Notes under the pieces: model-generated
The model's database searches: none
What the model saw: only the letters and a program-made list of their open reading frames with translations
What the model was told of the DNA's origin: nothing
Shown: positions 1 through 8,619 of the stretch, in pieces
Layout of the letters: each line of letters starts with the position of its first letter
Position numbering within the stretch: position 1 is the first letter of the stretch
Program-made: the position numbers and the translations under genes
DNA from: Haemophilus parainfluenzae
GTDB lineage: Bacteria; Pseudomonadota; Gammaproteobacteria; Enterobacterales; Pasteurellaceae
Assembly (NCBI GenBank): GCA_916720325.1
Contig: CAKAQT010000001.1
Span: 1 to 42,209 of the forward strand
Direction of reading: 5' to 3'
DNA: 42,209 bases

Positions 1-1
1 C

Positions 2-871
2 ATTTTGTGCTAACGCTTCGTTGTTTTTAAATAACGTGCGGTAATATTCGTTTTTTATTTCGTTAATTGCACGCCATTTTTCTTGGCTATCCACGTGGCC
101 GTTTGCGATTTCTGAATCAGGCTTACCCACATAATGCGCAAGCAATAATGCACTTACAATTTTCTTTCCTGTGCTGATAGAACCAGTAATTTTGACCGAC
201 TTGCCGTCTTTAATACTGTATTCACCGACTTTTCCACCTAAATCACATTCGCCTTTTTGCAAACAGTTTGGTGAATTTTTGTAATCAATGATTTCACTTA
301 ACAGTGCATAATTTGGCGCTAATTTTTTCTGTAAAGCGGTTAAATCTACATTATTTTTTGCTGATTCAATCAAGGCTTTACTTGGGTTGTGGACTTTTGT
401 CGTAAAAATTGGATCTTTTTCTGAACCAATTTCACCATGATGTTGTAATTGCACACTACATCCGGCAAAAGCACCTGCCACAATGGCTTGCCCCGTTGCA
501 ACTGTGCGTTGTACTGCATTCGCATAAGCGAAAATACCTTCACCCGATGCACAACGATCTGTCGTTAATAATCCTTTATCCGCAAGCCATTGTCCTAAAT
601 ATTGGCCGAAATAGGTTTCTAGCACCGTCCCTTTTGCCGTGAGATAACCAGATGGTACATTCCATTTTGCCCATTCATAAGGGGAATATTTCGCCATTTC
701 TTGCGGATCTTTTTCCACTGGTGAACGCAATCCGTGTCGGCTGAAAATCAATACTTTCTCTAATTCATAATCAGAACTTGAGGAAGTTTGACCATTTTCT
801 GTTGCAAACGCACTACTTGCTAAAGCTGAGCCAAGCAAAAGTGCGGTGAATTTTAGGGTTATTTTTTTCAT
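2..871 (-). CDS. Secreted histidine acid phosphatase (Agp glucose-1-phosphatase / AppA phytase family), 5' part; runs off the window edge
   Basis: Not in the ORF track. ATG at 871 on the minus strand translates MKKITLKFTALLLGSALASSAFA (signal peptide)...LEKVLIFSRHGLRSP (RHGxRxP catalytic motif)...WNVPSGYLTAKG...QRTVATG, and stays open to the window edge. Confidence 0.85.
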   Translation of the reverse strand, partial: MKKITLKFTALLLGSALASSAFATENGQTSSSSDYELEKVLIFSRHGLRSPVEKDPQEMAKYSPYEWAKWNVPSGYLTAKGTVLETYFGQYLGQWLADKGLLTTDRCASGEGIFAYANAVQRTVATGQAIVAGAFAGCSVQLQHHGEIGSEKDPIFTTKVHNPSKALIESAKNNVDLTALQKKLAPNYALLSEIIDYKNSPNCLQKGECDLGGKVGEYSIKDGKSVKITGSISTGKKIVSALLLAHYVGKPDSEIANGHVDSQEKWRAINEIKNEYYRTLFKNNEALAQN

Positions 872-880
872 ATTCGAGAC

Positions 881-1327
881 CTAATCATTTAATGCTGAAA
901 TTGAGCTATAAAAATTCAAGGCATATTTGGTGCCGTAAACTAACACCATAAATACTGCAACAATATTGACTACCGCAAAAAAGATTAGTTGTTTACTGTT
1001 GCTCTCCACCCAGAGCATTTTAAATAATGCGAGCGTACCAATATTTTCATCAAGTTCGCTCTCTCCGCTTAGTGTTCTTAAGGTTTTCAGCATCTCGCGT
1101 ACAAAAGCGACAGTATTTATTGCCATGACGCTGAGTGCAATAAATCCTGAAGCCAAACTTAAAAACAGCACTAGCACATTACTCCACGCCCAATGTGTCC
1201 AATTCAGCTCAGAATACATAAATAACGCGAGTGATAAAAACAACACAGCGGGTGTTAAATTTCGCAAAAACATTAAATAGTCATCACCAATTCTAAATAA
1301 AAATTGCAAAAAACTGACTTTCTTCAT
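881..1327 (-). CDS. Hypothetical integral membrane protein (about 3 TM helices)
   Basis: 148-aa ORF with hydrophobic stretches; tightly packed (4 bp and 9 bp gaps) between co-oriented genes. Confidence 0.7.
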   Translation of the reverse strand: MKKVSFLQFLFRIGDDYLMFLRNLTPAVLFLSLALFMYSELNWTHWAWSNVLVLFLSLASGFIALSVMAINTVAFVREMLKTLRTLSGESELDENIGTLALFKMLWVESNSKQLIFFAVVNIVAVFMVLVYGTKYALNFYSSISALND

Positions 1328-1331
1328 TACT

Positions 1332-1589
1332 TTAAAAAATCTCTTTTAATTTGGATTCATCTAAAATAACGCGATCATCATCCAACAATAATGCCGGAAA
1401 GCCTGCATAGCCTTGCGCTTTGGCATCATCAAATGCGGCGTGACGATCACGCAAGCGCAACCATTGTTTCAAATTTGGAATGGAAGATAATACTTCCACT
1501 GCCTCATAATCCACACCCAAGCGTTTTAACTCCGCCACAAATGGCGCTGTATCCGGGCAATCTGCCGCATAATAAAGAATAGGTTTCAT
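1332..1589 (-). CDS. Glutaredoxin-related protein (COG4545-like, monothiol CPDT)
   Basis: YYAADCPDT motif, LRLRD..FD...GYAGFPALL (cis-Pro loop); start codon overlaps the upstream stop (TAATG). Confidence 0.8.
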   Translation of the reverse strand: MKPILYYAADCPDTAPFVAELKRLGVDYEAVEVLSSIPNLKQWLRLRDRHAAFDDAKAQGYAGFPALLLDDDRVILDESKLKEIF

Positions 1590-2242
1590 TATTCACCTTC
1601 TTGTTCTGCTGCCGCTGTTGGGTTCAATTTCGGTTCGCCAATTTTGCTTAAGCGGTTACGATCACGATGTTCAAATGGTGCATCATAATTCGGGATAATC
1701 AGGGTGGTGGTTTGATCATATGACCAAGTGCCATCATCATGGAATTTTACCGTCATTTCAAAACTTTCCGTGGTAAATGAACGCTCTAAGAACGGATTTG
1801 AAATGATGCCGTTTGTCAGTGAACCGCGTACTGCTTTTACGGTGAATTCTTTCGCATCAGCTGGCGCATTACCTACCGCAATAAACGTTTGGCCACGTGG
1901 AATGCTACCTGTTAATAAAATATTGCCTGTTTCAGGTTCCCATAACCAATAACCCACTTGGTCGTGGAAGGTTTCGACTTCACCTGGTTGTATAATATGG
2001 GCGTGATAACGCAATCCATAATAGAGTTGCGGACCATTAGTTTGACCATCTGTCGGATGGGCCTCATAATGTTCGATATAAGGATCTTTTTCTGGCCCTT
2101 CTGCTTGCGGATTGATATCCACACCACGCTTACCTTCCCAAACACCCGCTAATCTAGCCAATGGGCCTAAATTCGCGAGCGTATTAGGATCAGTTTCTGC
2201 TTCAGTATAAATATCATCTGGGTATTGAAAATCTTTCATCAT
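1589..2242 (-). CDS. Nitrobindin/THAP4-like (FABP-fold, DUF1794) heme-binding beta-barrel protein
   Basis: LARLAGVWEG N-terminal motif, FHDQVGYW, C-terminal PFEHRDRNRL with candidate proximal His; SD AGGAGA upstream. Confidence 0.75.
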   Translation of the reverse strand: MMKDFQYPDDIYTEAETDPNTLANLGPLARLAGVWEGKRGVDINPQAEGPEKDPYIEHYEAHPTDGQTNGPQLYYGLRYHAHIIQPGEVETFHDQVGYWLWEPETGNILLTGSIPRGQTFIAVGNAPADAKEFTVKAVRGSLTNGIISNPFLERSFTTESFEMTVKFHDDGTWSYDQTTTLIIPNYDAPFEHRDRNRLSKIGEPKLNPTAAAEQEGE

Positions 2243-2293
2243 TTTCTCCTTATATCGTTGTGTTAATGCTTAAAGTGCGGTTGTTTTTTCGCC

Positions 2294-3202
2294 TTATTTT
2301 TTACAACCAGGGAAACCTAAGGCTTCACGGCTAGCATAGTATGCTTCCGCCACACCTTTAGTTAATGCACGAATACGTAAAATATAGCGTTGACGCTCTG
2401 TGACCGAAATCGCTTTACGTGCATCTAATAAGTTAAAGCTGTGTGCTGCTTTTAAGATACGCTCGTAAGCCGGTAATGGTAATGGACGTTCTAATTCTAA
2501 TAAGCTTTTCGCTTCTTTTTCGTATTGATCAAAGCAGTAGAATAAGAAATCGGTATCGGCGTATTCAAAGTTGTAAGTTGATTGCTCAACTTCGTTTTGA
2601 TGGAACACATCGCCATAAGTGGTTTTGCCAAGCGGGCCGTCAGACCAAACTAAATCATACACAGAATCTACGCCTTGAATGTACATGGCTAAACGCTCTA
2701 AACCGTAGGTTACTTCACCTGTTACGGGTTTACATTCTAAACCACCCACTTGTTGGAAATAGGTAAATTGAGTGACTTCCATACCGTTTAACCATACTTC
2801 CCAGCCTAAACCCCACGCGCCTAAAGTTGGATTTTCCCAGTTATCTTCCACGAAACGGATGTCGTTTTGTGTTGGATCAAAACCAAGCATTTCAAGGGAA
2901 CCTAAATAGAGTTCTTGAATGTTGTCTGGAGACGGTTTAATCACCACTTGGAATTGATAGTAATGTTGTAAACGGTTCGGGTTTTCGCCATAGCGACCAT
3001 CGGTCGGACGACGTGAAGGTTGCACATAAGCAAATGCCATCGGCTCTGGGCCTAATGCGCGTAATGCAGTCATTGGGTGAGAAGTACCTGCGCCCACTTC
3101 CATATCAAAAGGTTGAACAACAGTACAGCCTTGATTTGCCCAATATTCTTGCAAGGCTAAAATCATGCCTTGGAATGTTTTTACGTTGAATTTTGTACTC
3201 AT
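2294..3202 (-). CDS. glyQ: Glycine--tRNA ligase alpha subunit
   Basis: [45 protein letters not shown]. Confidence 0.99.
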   Translation of the reverse strand: MSTKFNVKTFQGMILALQEYWANQGCTVVQPFDMEVGAGTSHPMTALRALGPEPMAFAYVQPSRRPTDGRYGENPNRLQHYYQFQVVIKPSPDNIQELYLGSLEMLGFDPTQNDIRFVEDNWENPTLGAWGLGWEVWLNGMEVTQFTYFQQVGGLECKPVTGEVTYGLERLAMYIQGVDSVYDLVWSDGPLGKTTYGDVFHQNEVEQSTYNFEYADTDFLFYCFDQYEKEAKSLLELERPLPLPAYERILKAAHSFNLLDARKAISVTERQRYILRIRALTKGVAEAYYASREALGFPGCKK

Positions 3203-3238
3203 AATTTTTTTAATAACAATGTGATGAAAAATACAGGC

Positions 3239-3267
3239 ATTATACTTGAAACTATAAGGCGGATAAA
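3239..3267 (-). promoter_or_regulatory. Putative sigma70 promoter of glyQ
   Basis: Minus strand TTTATC-N17-TATAAT. Confidence 0.55.
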
Positions 3268-3359
3268 GGCGAAAAAGTGCGGTCAGAAAAATCCTTAAAT
3301 TTTTTATTTCTCTTAAATTTTATTCATTTTGATGATGAGTTATTTTCATCACCAGAAGT

Positions 3360-3388
3360 TTGCGCGCCAAGCCTCTAATGTGTAAACT
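3360..3388 (+). promoter_or_regulatory. Putative sigma70 promoter of the TonB-dependent receptor
   Basis: TTGCGC-N17-TAAACT, 41 bp upstream of the ATG. Confidence 0.55.
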
Positions 3389-3429
3389 GCTGGCGCTTTT
3401 ATACAGACTTTTATCCTAGGGATTTTAAA

Positions 3430-5352
3430 ATGAAAAAAAATGTGATTACTTCAGCGATTTTATTAGCGATTCCAGCATTAGCGGGCGCTGAAGACGTGGC
3501 GAAATTAGATGTGATTAATGTCTATTCTGCCTCAGCCACCCCAACTAGCCTTCATCAAACGGCTTCATCTGTTACCGTTTTAACCGAAAAAGATTTTGCA
3601 CAACGTGGTGCGACTTATGTCAGTGATGTATTGAAAACTGTACCAAGTTTAGCCGTGAGCGCATCGGGCGGTCGTGGCACATTAACTAATGTATTCTTAC
3701 GTGGTGCGGATGCAAACCACACTGCCGTGATTATTGATGGTGTGAAAGTGAATCCTGTTTCTGGCTATGGCTTTGATTTCGGTGGATTAGCATTAAGCAA
3801 CATTGACCGCATCGAAGTATTACGCGGCGAACAATCTGCCCTTTGGGGAAGTGATGCCATGGGTGGTGTGATTTATATCACCACGAAAAAAGGCTTAGAA
3901 AAAGGCAAAACCTTCAACGCTGATTACGATTTTGGCACAGGCTCTAACCGCACAGTAGATGGCTCATTAACCCTTTCAGGTTCAAACAACAATTTCTATT
4001 ATGCTTTACATGGTGACAGTCACCACACCAAAGGCATTTCAGCACTCAGCAAAAACCGCTTTAACTACACTGCACAAGATGGCACAGCGGTAAGTACTGG
4101 TGGTTCAAGCGAACGCGATAAATTCCATCGTGATAACGCCTCTCTTCGTTTGGGCTATGATGATAACCAAAAAGGTTTTGATTTCTTAACCTCTCACAGC
4201 AGCCAAACAGCTAACTTTGATAACAGCGCAACGGATGAAAAAGGCCACTACACTCGCACACGTGACACCTTATTCAAATTAAGTGGTTTCTTAGGTAACG
4301 ATGATGAATTGCTTAAACACAAAGTTGGGGTAAGCCATCTCAAAACTGACAGCGATACCGTTGGCTACACATCGGCTTACGATGCGAAAAAACTCAACGC
4401 AAACTATCAATTAGATGTCAATTTCGATCGTGAAGGCACTCTCACGCAAGGTTTAAGCTTCTTAACTGACTATCAAAAAACAGATTTCAACTCGTCTTAT
4501 TTCAATAATGCAGGCAATAAAAAACTTGTTGAGAAAAGCTTAGCGGCAGAATATCGCTTATTGCACGATGCAGATCATAGTTTAAATATTAGTGGTCGTT
4601 ACACTGACAGCTCTGAATACGAAAATTCATGGACGGGCCGTATCGCCGGCGCTTACCGTTTACATAATAACGTGAAAGCTCATGCAAGTTTCGGTTCGGC
4701 GATTCAAAACCCGACGATCACTGAATACTACGGTTACAACGCGCGCTATATCGGCAACCCGAATTTACAACCAGAGAAAAGTTTAGGTGGCGATGTTGGC
4801 TTATTATTTGAAACTAATGACAACCGTCACAGCTTTGATGTGACTTATTTTGCTCGCAACGTGAAGAACGCAATTAGCAGCGAAGTAATCAACTTTACCA
4901 CTTATGCAAGCCGTGCAGTAAACCTTGAAGGTAAAAGCAAAGTGAAAGGTGTTGAAGTGGCTTACAACGGTAAAATCACCGATGCATTAACTGCTTATGC
5001 TAACTACACCTACACGCAAACCCGAGATAGCAAAGGCGCTGAATTGGCACGTCGTCCAAAACATTTGGCGAACGCGGGCTTAGCATACCAAATCACTGAA
5101 AAATTAGGTGCGGATGTAAATGTATCTTACACAGGCAAACGCATGGATACCTACTATTCACCGACCTACAGCACGCATAAAGTGAAATTGCCATCTTACA
5201 CCTTGGCAAACTTAGGCGTGAACTATAAAGTGGCGGATAGCTTGACGATTTATGCAAATCTTAACAACGTATTCAATAAAAAATATGAAAACGTACTGGG
5301 CTATGGCCAAGAAGGACGTAATGTTTACGTTGGGTTGAAAGGCTCGTTCTAA
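3430..5352 (+). CDS. btuB: TonB-dependent outer membrane receptor, BtuB (cobalamin)-like
   Basis: Signal peptide, TonB-box-like DVINVYSA, plug FLRGADANHTAVIIDG...IDRIEVLRGEQSALWGSDAMGGVI, C-terminus NVFNKKYENVLGYGQEGR...F resembling BtuB NLFDKDYETVYGYQTAGR. Confidence 0.75.
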   Translation: MKKNVITSAILLAIPALAGAEDVAKLDVINVYSASATPTSLHQTASSVTVLTEKDFAQRGATYVSDVLKTVPSLAVSASGGRGTLTNVFLRGADANHTAVIIDGVKVNPVSGYGFDFGGLALSNIDRIEVLRGEQSALWGSDAMGGVIYITTKKGLEKGKTFNADYDFGTGSNRTVDGSLTLSGSNNNFYYALHGDSHHTKGISALSKNRFNYTAQDGTAVSTGGSSERDKFHRDNASLRLGYDDNQKGFDFLTSHSSQTANFDNSATDEKGHYTRTRDTLFKLSGFLGNDDELLKHKVGVSHLKTDSDTVGYTSAYDAKKLNANYQLDVNFDREGTLTQGLSFLTDYQKTDFNSSYFNNAGNKKLVEKSLAAEYRLLHDADHSLNISGRYTDSSEYENSWTGRIAGAYRLHNNVKAHASFGSAIQNPTITEYYGYNARYIGNPNLQPEKSLGGDVGLLFETNDNRHSFDVTYFARNVKNAISSEVINFTTYASRAVNLEGKSKVKGVEVAYNGKITDALTAYANYTYTQTRDSKGAELARRPKHLANAGLAYQITEKLGADVNVSYTGKRMDTYYSPTYSTHKVKLPSYTLANLGVNYKVADSLTIYANLNNVFNKKYENVLGYGQEGRNVYVGLKGSF

Positions 5353-5367
5353 TTATTACCCACTAAC

Positions 5368-5392
5368 AAGGGCGTGCTTAGCACGCCTTTTT
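5368..5392 (+). terminator. Intrinsic terminator after the receptor gene
   Basis: GGCGTGC-TTA-GCACGCC stem-loop followed by a T run. Confidence 0.75.
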
Positions 5393-5418
5393 ACATTATT
5401 GATGACGTAGCGTATCAT
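5390..5418 (+). promoter_or_regulatory. Putative internal sigma70 promoter for the ABC genes
   Basis: TTTACA-N17-TATCAT; the -10 ends 7 nt before the ATG at 5426. Confidence 0.45.
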
Positions 5419-5425
5419 TATCTAT

Positions 5426-6211
5426 ATGCAAAAAACTCGCTTAATTTTAACCGCACTTTTCCTTCCGTTTACCGCTCAGGCTTCGGAACAATTTGTCTCG
5501 CTCACGCTTTGCAGTGACAGGCTGCTTATCGAACTGGCTGAGCCTTCACAAATTGCTGCACAGTCGCCTTATTCGAAAAATCCGTTGATGATGTTGGATA
5601 AAATTAATACCGATAAACCTATTCTGGAACCGCAATTAACGGAATTATTGCCCTATTTGGATAAAACCATTCTAATTAACGAAACCTTTTATCCCCAATT
5701 AGTCGCAGAACTGAAAAAACTTGGTGTGAAGATTATTCCCATTAACGACAGCCCGCAAACGCCAGATGAATTATTTGCGCTGATTCTAGACTTAGGCAAA
5801 CAACTAGGTAATGAGCAAAAGGCGGCTGATTTAGTAACAAAACTCAAATCGCAAAACTTTCACTTAAATCGACCGCTTACTGATACACTGATTTTGTCAG
5901 AAACTGGTGTGGTAGAGAGTTATTATCCGCAATATCCTGTGCTGTTAAATTTACTCGGATTAACACCGTTAAAAACACCCCTTACCGCACAAAATTTCTC
6001 GTTAGAAAAAGTGATTTTAAGCCAACCGAATGTGCTCATTTCACTGACTGACAAACAAGGTTACAATGCACAGGCTGAATTACTGCACCACCCTATGTTG
6101 CAAGATTTTTTCAAAAACCAACCGCTTGTAAGCATCCCGATGAAATATACCTATTGCTTTGATCACGGTGTGTGGCAAGGGGCGGAGAAGATTTATCAAC
6201 AATTAAAATAA
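5426..6211 (+). CDS. Periplasmic binding protein, helical-backbone (BtuF/FecB) family
   Basis: Signal peptide (TAQA); VSLTLCSDRLLIELAEPSQIAA motif; gene context. Confidence 0.8.
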   Translation: MQKTRLILTALFLPFTAQASEQFVSLTLCSDRLLIELAEPSQIAAQSPYSKNPLMMLDKINTDKPILEPQLTELLPYLDKTILINETFYPQLVAELKKLGVKIIPINDSPQTPDELFALILDLGKQLGNEQKAADLVTKLKSQNFHLNRPLTDTLILSETGVVESYYPQYPVLLNLLGLTPLKTPLTAQNFSLEKVILSQPNVLISLTDKQGYNAQAELLHHPMLQDFFKNQPLVSIPMKYTYCFDHGVWQGAEKIYQQLK

Positions 6212-6220
6212 TGTAGCTGA

Positions 6221-6390
6221 CAAATCTCCCCTACCCCCTCTTTGCTAAAGAGGGGAATTCCATTATTAAATTAACTCTAGATGACATATTTATATGTCTT
6301 TATGTATAAATGATTAGAAGAAAACATCAGAATTATAAATCTTGACACTATAATCCCCCTCTTTAGCAAAGAGGGGTTAGGGGAGATTTG
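6221..6390. mobile_element. MITE/REP-like element with 39-bp terminal inverted repeats
   Basis: Arms 6221-6259 and 6352-6390 match 37/39 as inverted repeats; each contains a CCCCTCTTT-N3-AAAGAGGGG hairpin; 92-bp AT-rich spacer. Confidence 0.7.
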
Positions 6391-6439
6391 ACAAAATCAA
6401 ATTAACAAATGATATTTGGATTACATAGGAAATTGATCA

Positions 6440-7417
6440 TTGACCAAAACACTAAAATTAAATACCGCACTTTTCTTCGCGTTGCTGTTGATTAGCGGCT
6501 TTGCGATTTATCATCAGCTCGGCGATTTCGCCCATCTCAAAAATGCCGATGGCGTGCTCACCGATATGCGTTCAATGGTGCTGTGGGATATTCGTTTTCC
6601 GCGCATTGGTTTAGCTTTATTGACGGGCGCCAGCCTAGCGATAGCGGGCAATGCGATGCAAGGTATTTTCCAAAATCCATTAGCGAGTCCAGGCTTACTT
6701 GGTAGTAGTTCTGGAGCAACAGCTGCTAGTGTATTTATCCTCTATTATTTTGCCGTGCCATTTTCACTGCTCTTAGCCGGTGGTGTGATTGGTGCGCTTT
6801 TAAGTTTTTTAATCGTGTATTTGATCGCCAAAAACTACGGTACCACGATGATGATTCTAAGCGGCTTAGCGGTCAATATGTTGCTTGGGTCAGCAATCGC
6901 ATTACTGCTCTCCAACGCGGAAAGCCCATGGGCATTAGCCGAACTTTACCGTTGGCTACAAGGCTCATTAATGTGGGCGAAATTAGATACACTGCTTATT
7001 TCACTCCCGATTGTTTTTGCGGGGATTTTCTGCTTATACCACACTCGCCGATACTTAGATTTACTCACCTTTGGTGAAGAAACAGCGAGCACCATGGGCG
7101 TAGATCCCAAACGTAGTTTTTTTATCAGCACCTTTGGTGTGGCTTTATTAGTTGGGGCAACCATTCCGCAAACCGGTACCATTGGTTTTATCGGCTTAAT
7201 CGCGCCACACTTCGCCCGTATTTTACTGAAAGCTCGCCCATCACAGCTTTATCTCACCAGTGCATTAATTGGGGCATTATTGCTGTTATTGGCCGATTTA
7301 GTGATTTTATATATCCCGCTGTTCTCACATATTTACATCGGAACATTGACTGCGCTTATCGGTGCACCTTGCTTGATTTGGATGTTATTAACGCAACAGA
7401 GAAAAATCTATGATTAA
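6440..7417 (+). CDS. FecCD/BtuC-family ABC permease
   Basis: IRFPRI...G.SLAIAG..MQGIFQNPLASPGLLG, GEETASTMG (EAA loop), GFIGLIAPH; TTG start with SD AGGA. Confidence 0.93.
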   Translation: MTKTLKLNTALFFALLLISGFAIYHQLGDFAHLKNADGVLTDMRSMVLWDIRFPRIGLALLTGASLAIAGNAMQGIFQNPLASPGLLGSSSGATAASVFILYYFAVPFSLLLAGGVIGALLSFLIVYLIAKNYGTTMMILSGLAVNMLLGSAIALLLSNAESPWALAELYRWLQGSLMWAKLDTLLISLPIVFAGIFCLYHTRRYLDLLTFGEETASTMGVDPKRSFFISTFGVALLVGATIPQTGTIGFIGLIAPHFARILLKARPSQLYLTSALIGALLLLLADLVILYIPLFSHIYIGTLTALIGAPCLIWMLLTQQRKIYD

Positions 7418-8141
7418 AATTGAAAAACTCACCCAATCCTATTGCTTAAATGACATCAACTGTACGCTTCCATCAGGTAAATTGATCGGCATTATGGGTG
7501 CCAATGGTGCGGGAAAATCCACGTTATTAAAAACCATTGCGGGTATCTTGCCCCTCAAACAAGGGGAGGTTTGGTTCGATAACCAGCCATTAAGCAAAAT
7601 GAATGCGACTGAAAAAAGCCAACACATTGCTTACCTTGCACAAAATACGCAAATTCATTGGGATTTATCCGTTTATGATGTGATTGCATTAGGTTTAGCT
7701 ACGCCCTTACCAAAAGAAAAAGAGCGGTCAAAAATTCAAGCATTTTCAGAAAAATTTGCGGTAACGCATTTGCTTGATAAGCCATTTCAACAACTTTCTG
7801 GTGGCGAAAAAGCACGCGTACAACTCGCTCGTTGCTGTATTAAAGAATCCCCTGTTTTATTGGTCGATGAGCCGATTGCGCCACTCGACCCTTATTATCA
7901 AATTGATATGATGGAACAGCTTCAATCACTCACACCGCAACATACGTGTGTTGTTGCCATTCATCACCTTTCATTGGCTTATCAATTTTGTGATGAAATT
8001 GTTCTATTAGAACAAGGCAAATTGTTAGCTGTCGGTGAAACGCAAGCCGTATTAAATGCGGAAAATTTGGCGAAAGCCTTTCATATTCGGGCTGAAATTG
8101 ATCCTCTGAAAAAGACTATCTCAAAAATTGAAAAGCAATAA
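7410..8141 (+). CDS. ABC ATPase, BtuD/FecE family
   Basis: GANGAGKST, LSGGE, LLVDEP, H-loop; overlaps the permease stop. Confidence 0.95.
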   Translation: MIKIEKLTQSYCLNDINCTLPSGKLIGIMGANGAGKSTLLKTIAGILPLKQGEVWFDNQPLSKMNATEKSQHIAYLAQNTQIHWDLSVYDVIALGLATPLPKEKERSKIQAFSEKFAVTHLLDKPFQQLSGGEKARVQLARCCIKESPVLLVDEPIAPLDPYYQIDMMEQLQSLTPQHTCVVAIHHLSLAYQFCDEIVLLEQGKLLAVGETQAVLNAENLAKAFHIRAEIDPLKKTISKIEKQ

Positions 8142-8144
8142 AAT

Positions 8145-8178
8145 AAAAGCACTTAGCGATTCACTAAGTGCTTTTTTT
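8145..8178. terminator. Bidirectional intrinsic terminator between the ABC ATPase and ndk
   Basis: AAAAGCACTTAG...CTAAGTGCTTTT with A and T runs on the flanks. Confidence 0.8.
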
Positions 8179-8189
8179 ATAGAAATGAA

Positions 8190-8609
8190 TTACGGTTGAA
8201 TTTCTGAATCAACAAAGAAATAAGCGATTTCTCGTTTGGCGCTTTCAACACTGTCAGAACCATGAACAGAGTTTTCACGCTGATTTAACGCAAAGTCTTT
8301 ACGGATAGTACCTTCTGCCGCTTCCGCCGGATTCGTTGCGCCAATCAAAGTGCGGTAATCTTTCACGGCATTTTCTTTTTCCAATACAGAAACTACTATC
8401 GGGCCAGAGAGCATATATTCCACCAACGGGTCAAAAAATGGTTTACCTTGGTGTTCTGCATAGAAACCTTCGGCTTGTTCTTTGGTTAATTGCACCATTT
8501 TAAGCGCAACAACACGGAATCCCTGAGATTCAAAACGCCCTAAAATAGCACCAATTAAATGACGCTTTACTGCATCGGGTTTGATAATTGAAAAAGTACG
8601 TTCTGTCAT
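8190..8609 (-). CDS. ndk: Nucleoside diphosphate kinase
   Basis: [23 protein letters not shown]. Confidence 0.99.
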   Translation of the reverse strand: MTERTFSIIKPDAVKRHLIGAILGRFESQGFRVVALKMVQLTKEQAEGFYAEHQGKPFFDPLVEYMLSGPIVVSVLEKENAVKDYRTLIGATNPAEAAEGTIRKDFALNQRENSVHGSDSVESAKREIAYFFVDSEIQP

Positions 8610-8619
8610 AAAATCCTAC

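Noticed and set aside
370..642. ORFs 370-552 (-) and 409-642 (+)
   Set aside because: Off-frame or antisense shadows of the phosphatase gene, which the ORF track missed because it runs off the window
3331..3415. Fur box or MetJ boxes upstream of the receptor gene
   Set aside because: The best Fur match is only about 9/19; Met-box matches are 5/8 or lower and not in tandem
6342..6354. TTGACA and TATAAT side by side as a consensus promoter
   Set aside because: They are separated by 1 bp instead of about 17
6221..6390. Repeat as a mini-CRISPR array
   Set aside because: Only two copies, in inverted orientation, and no cas genes
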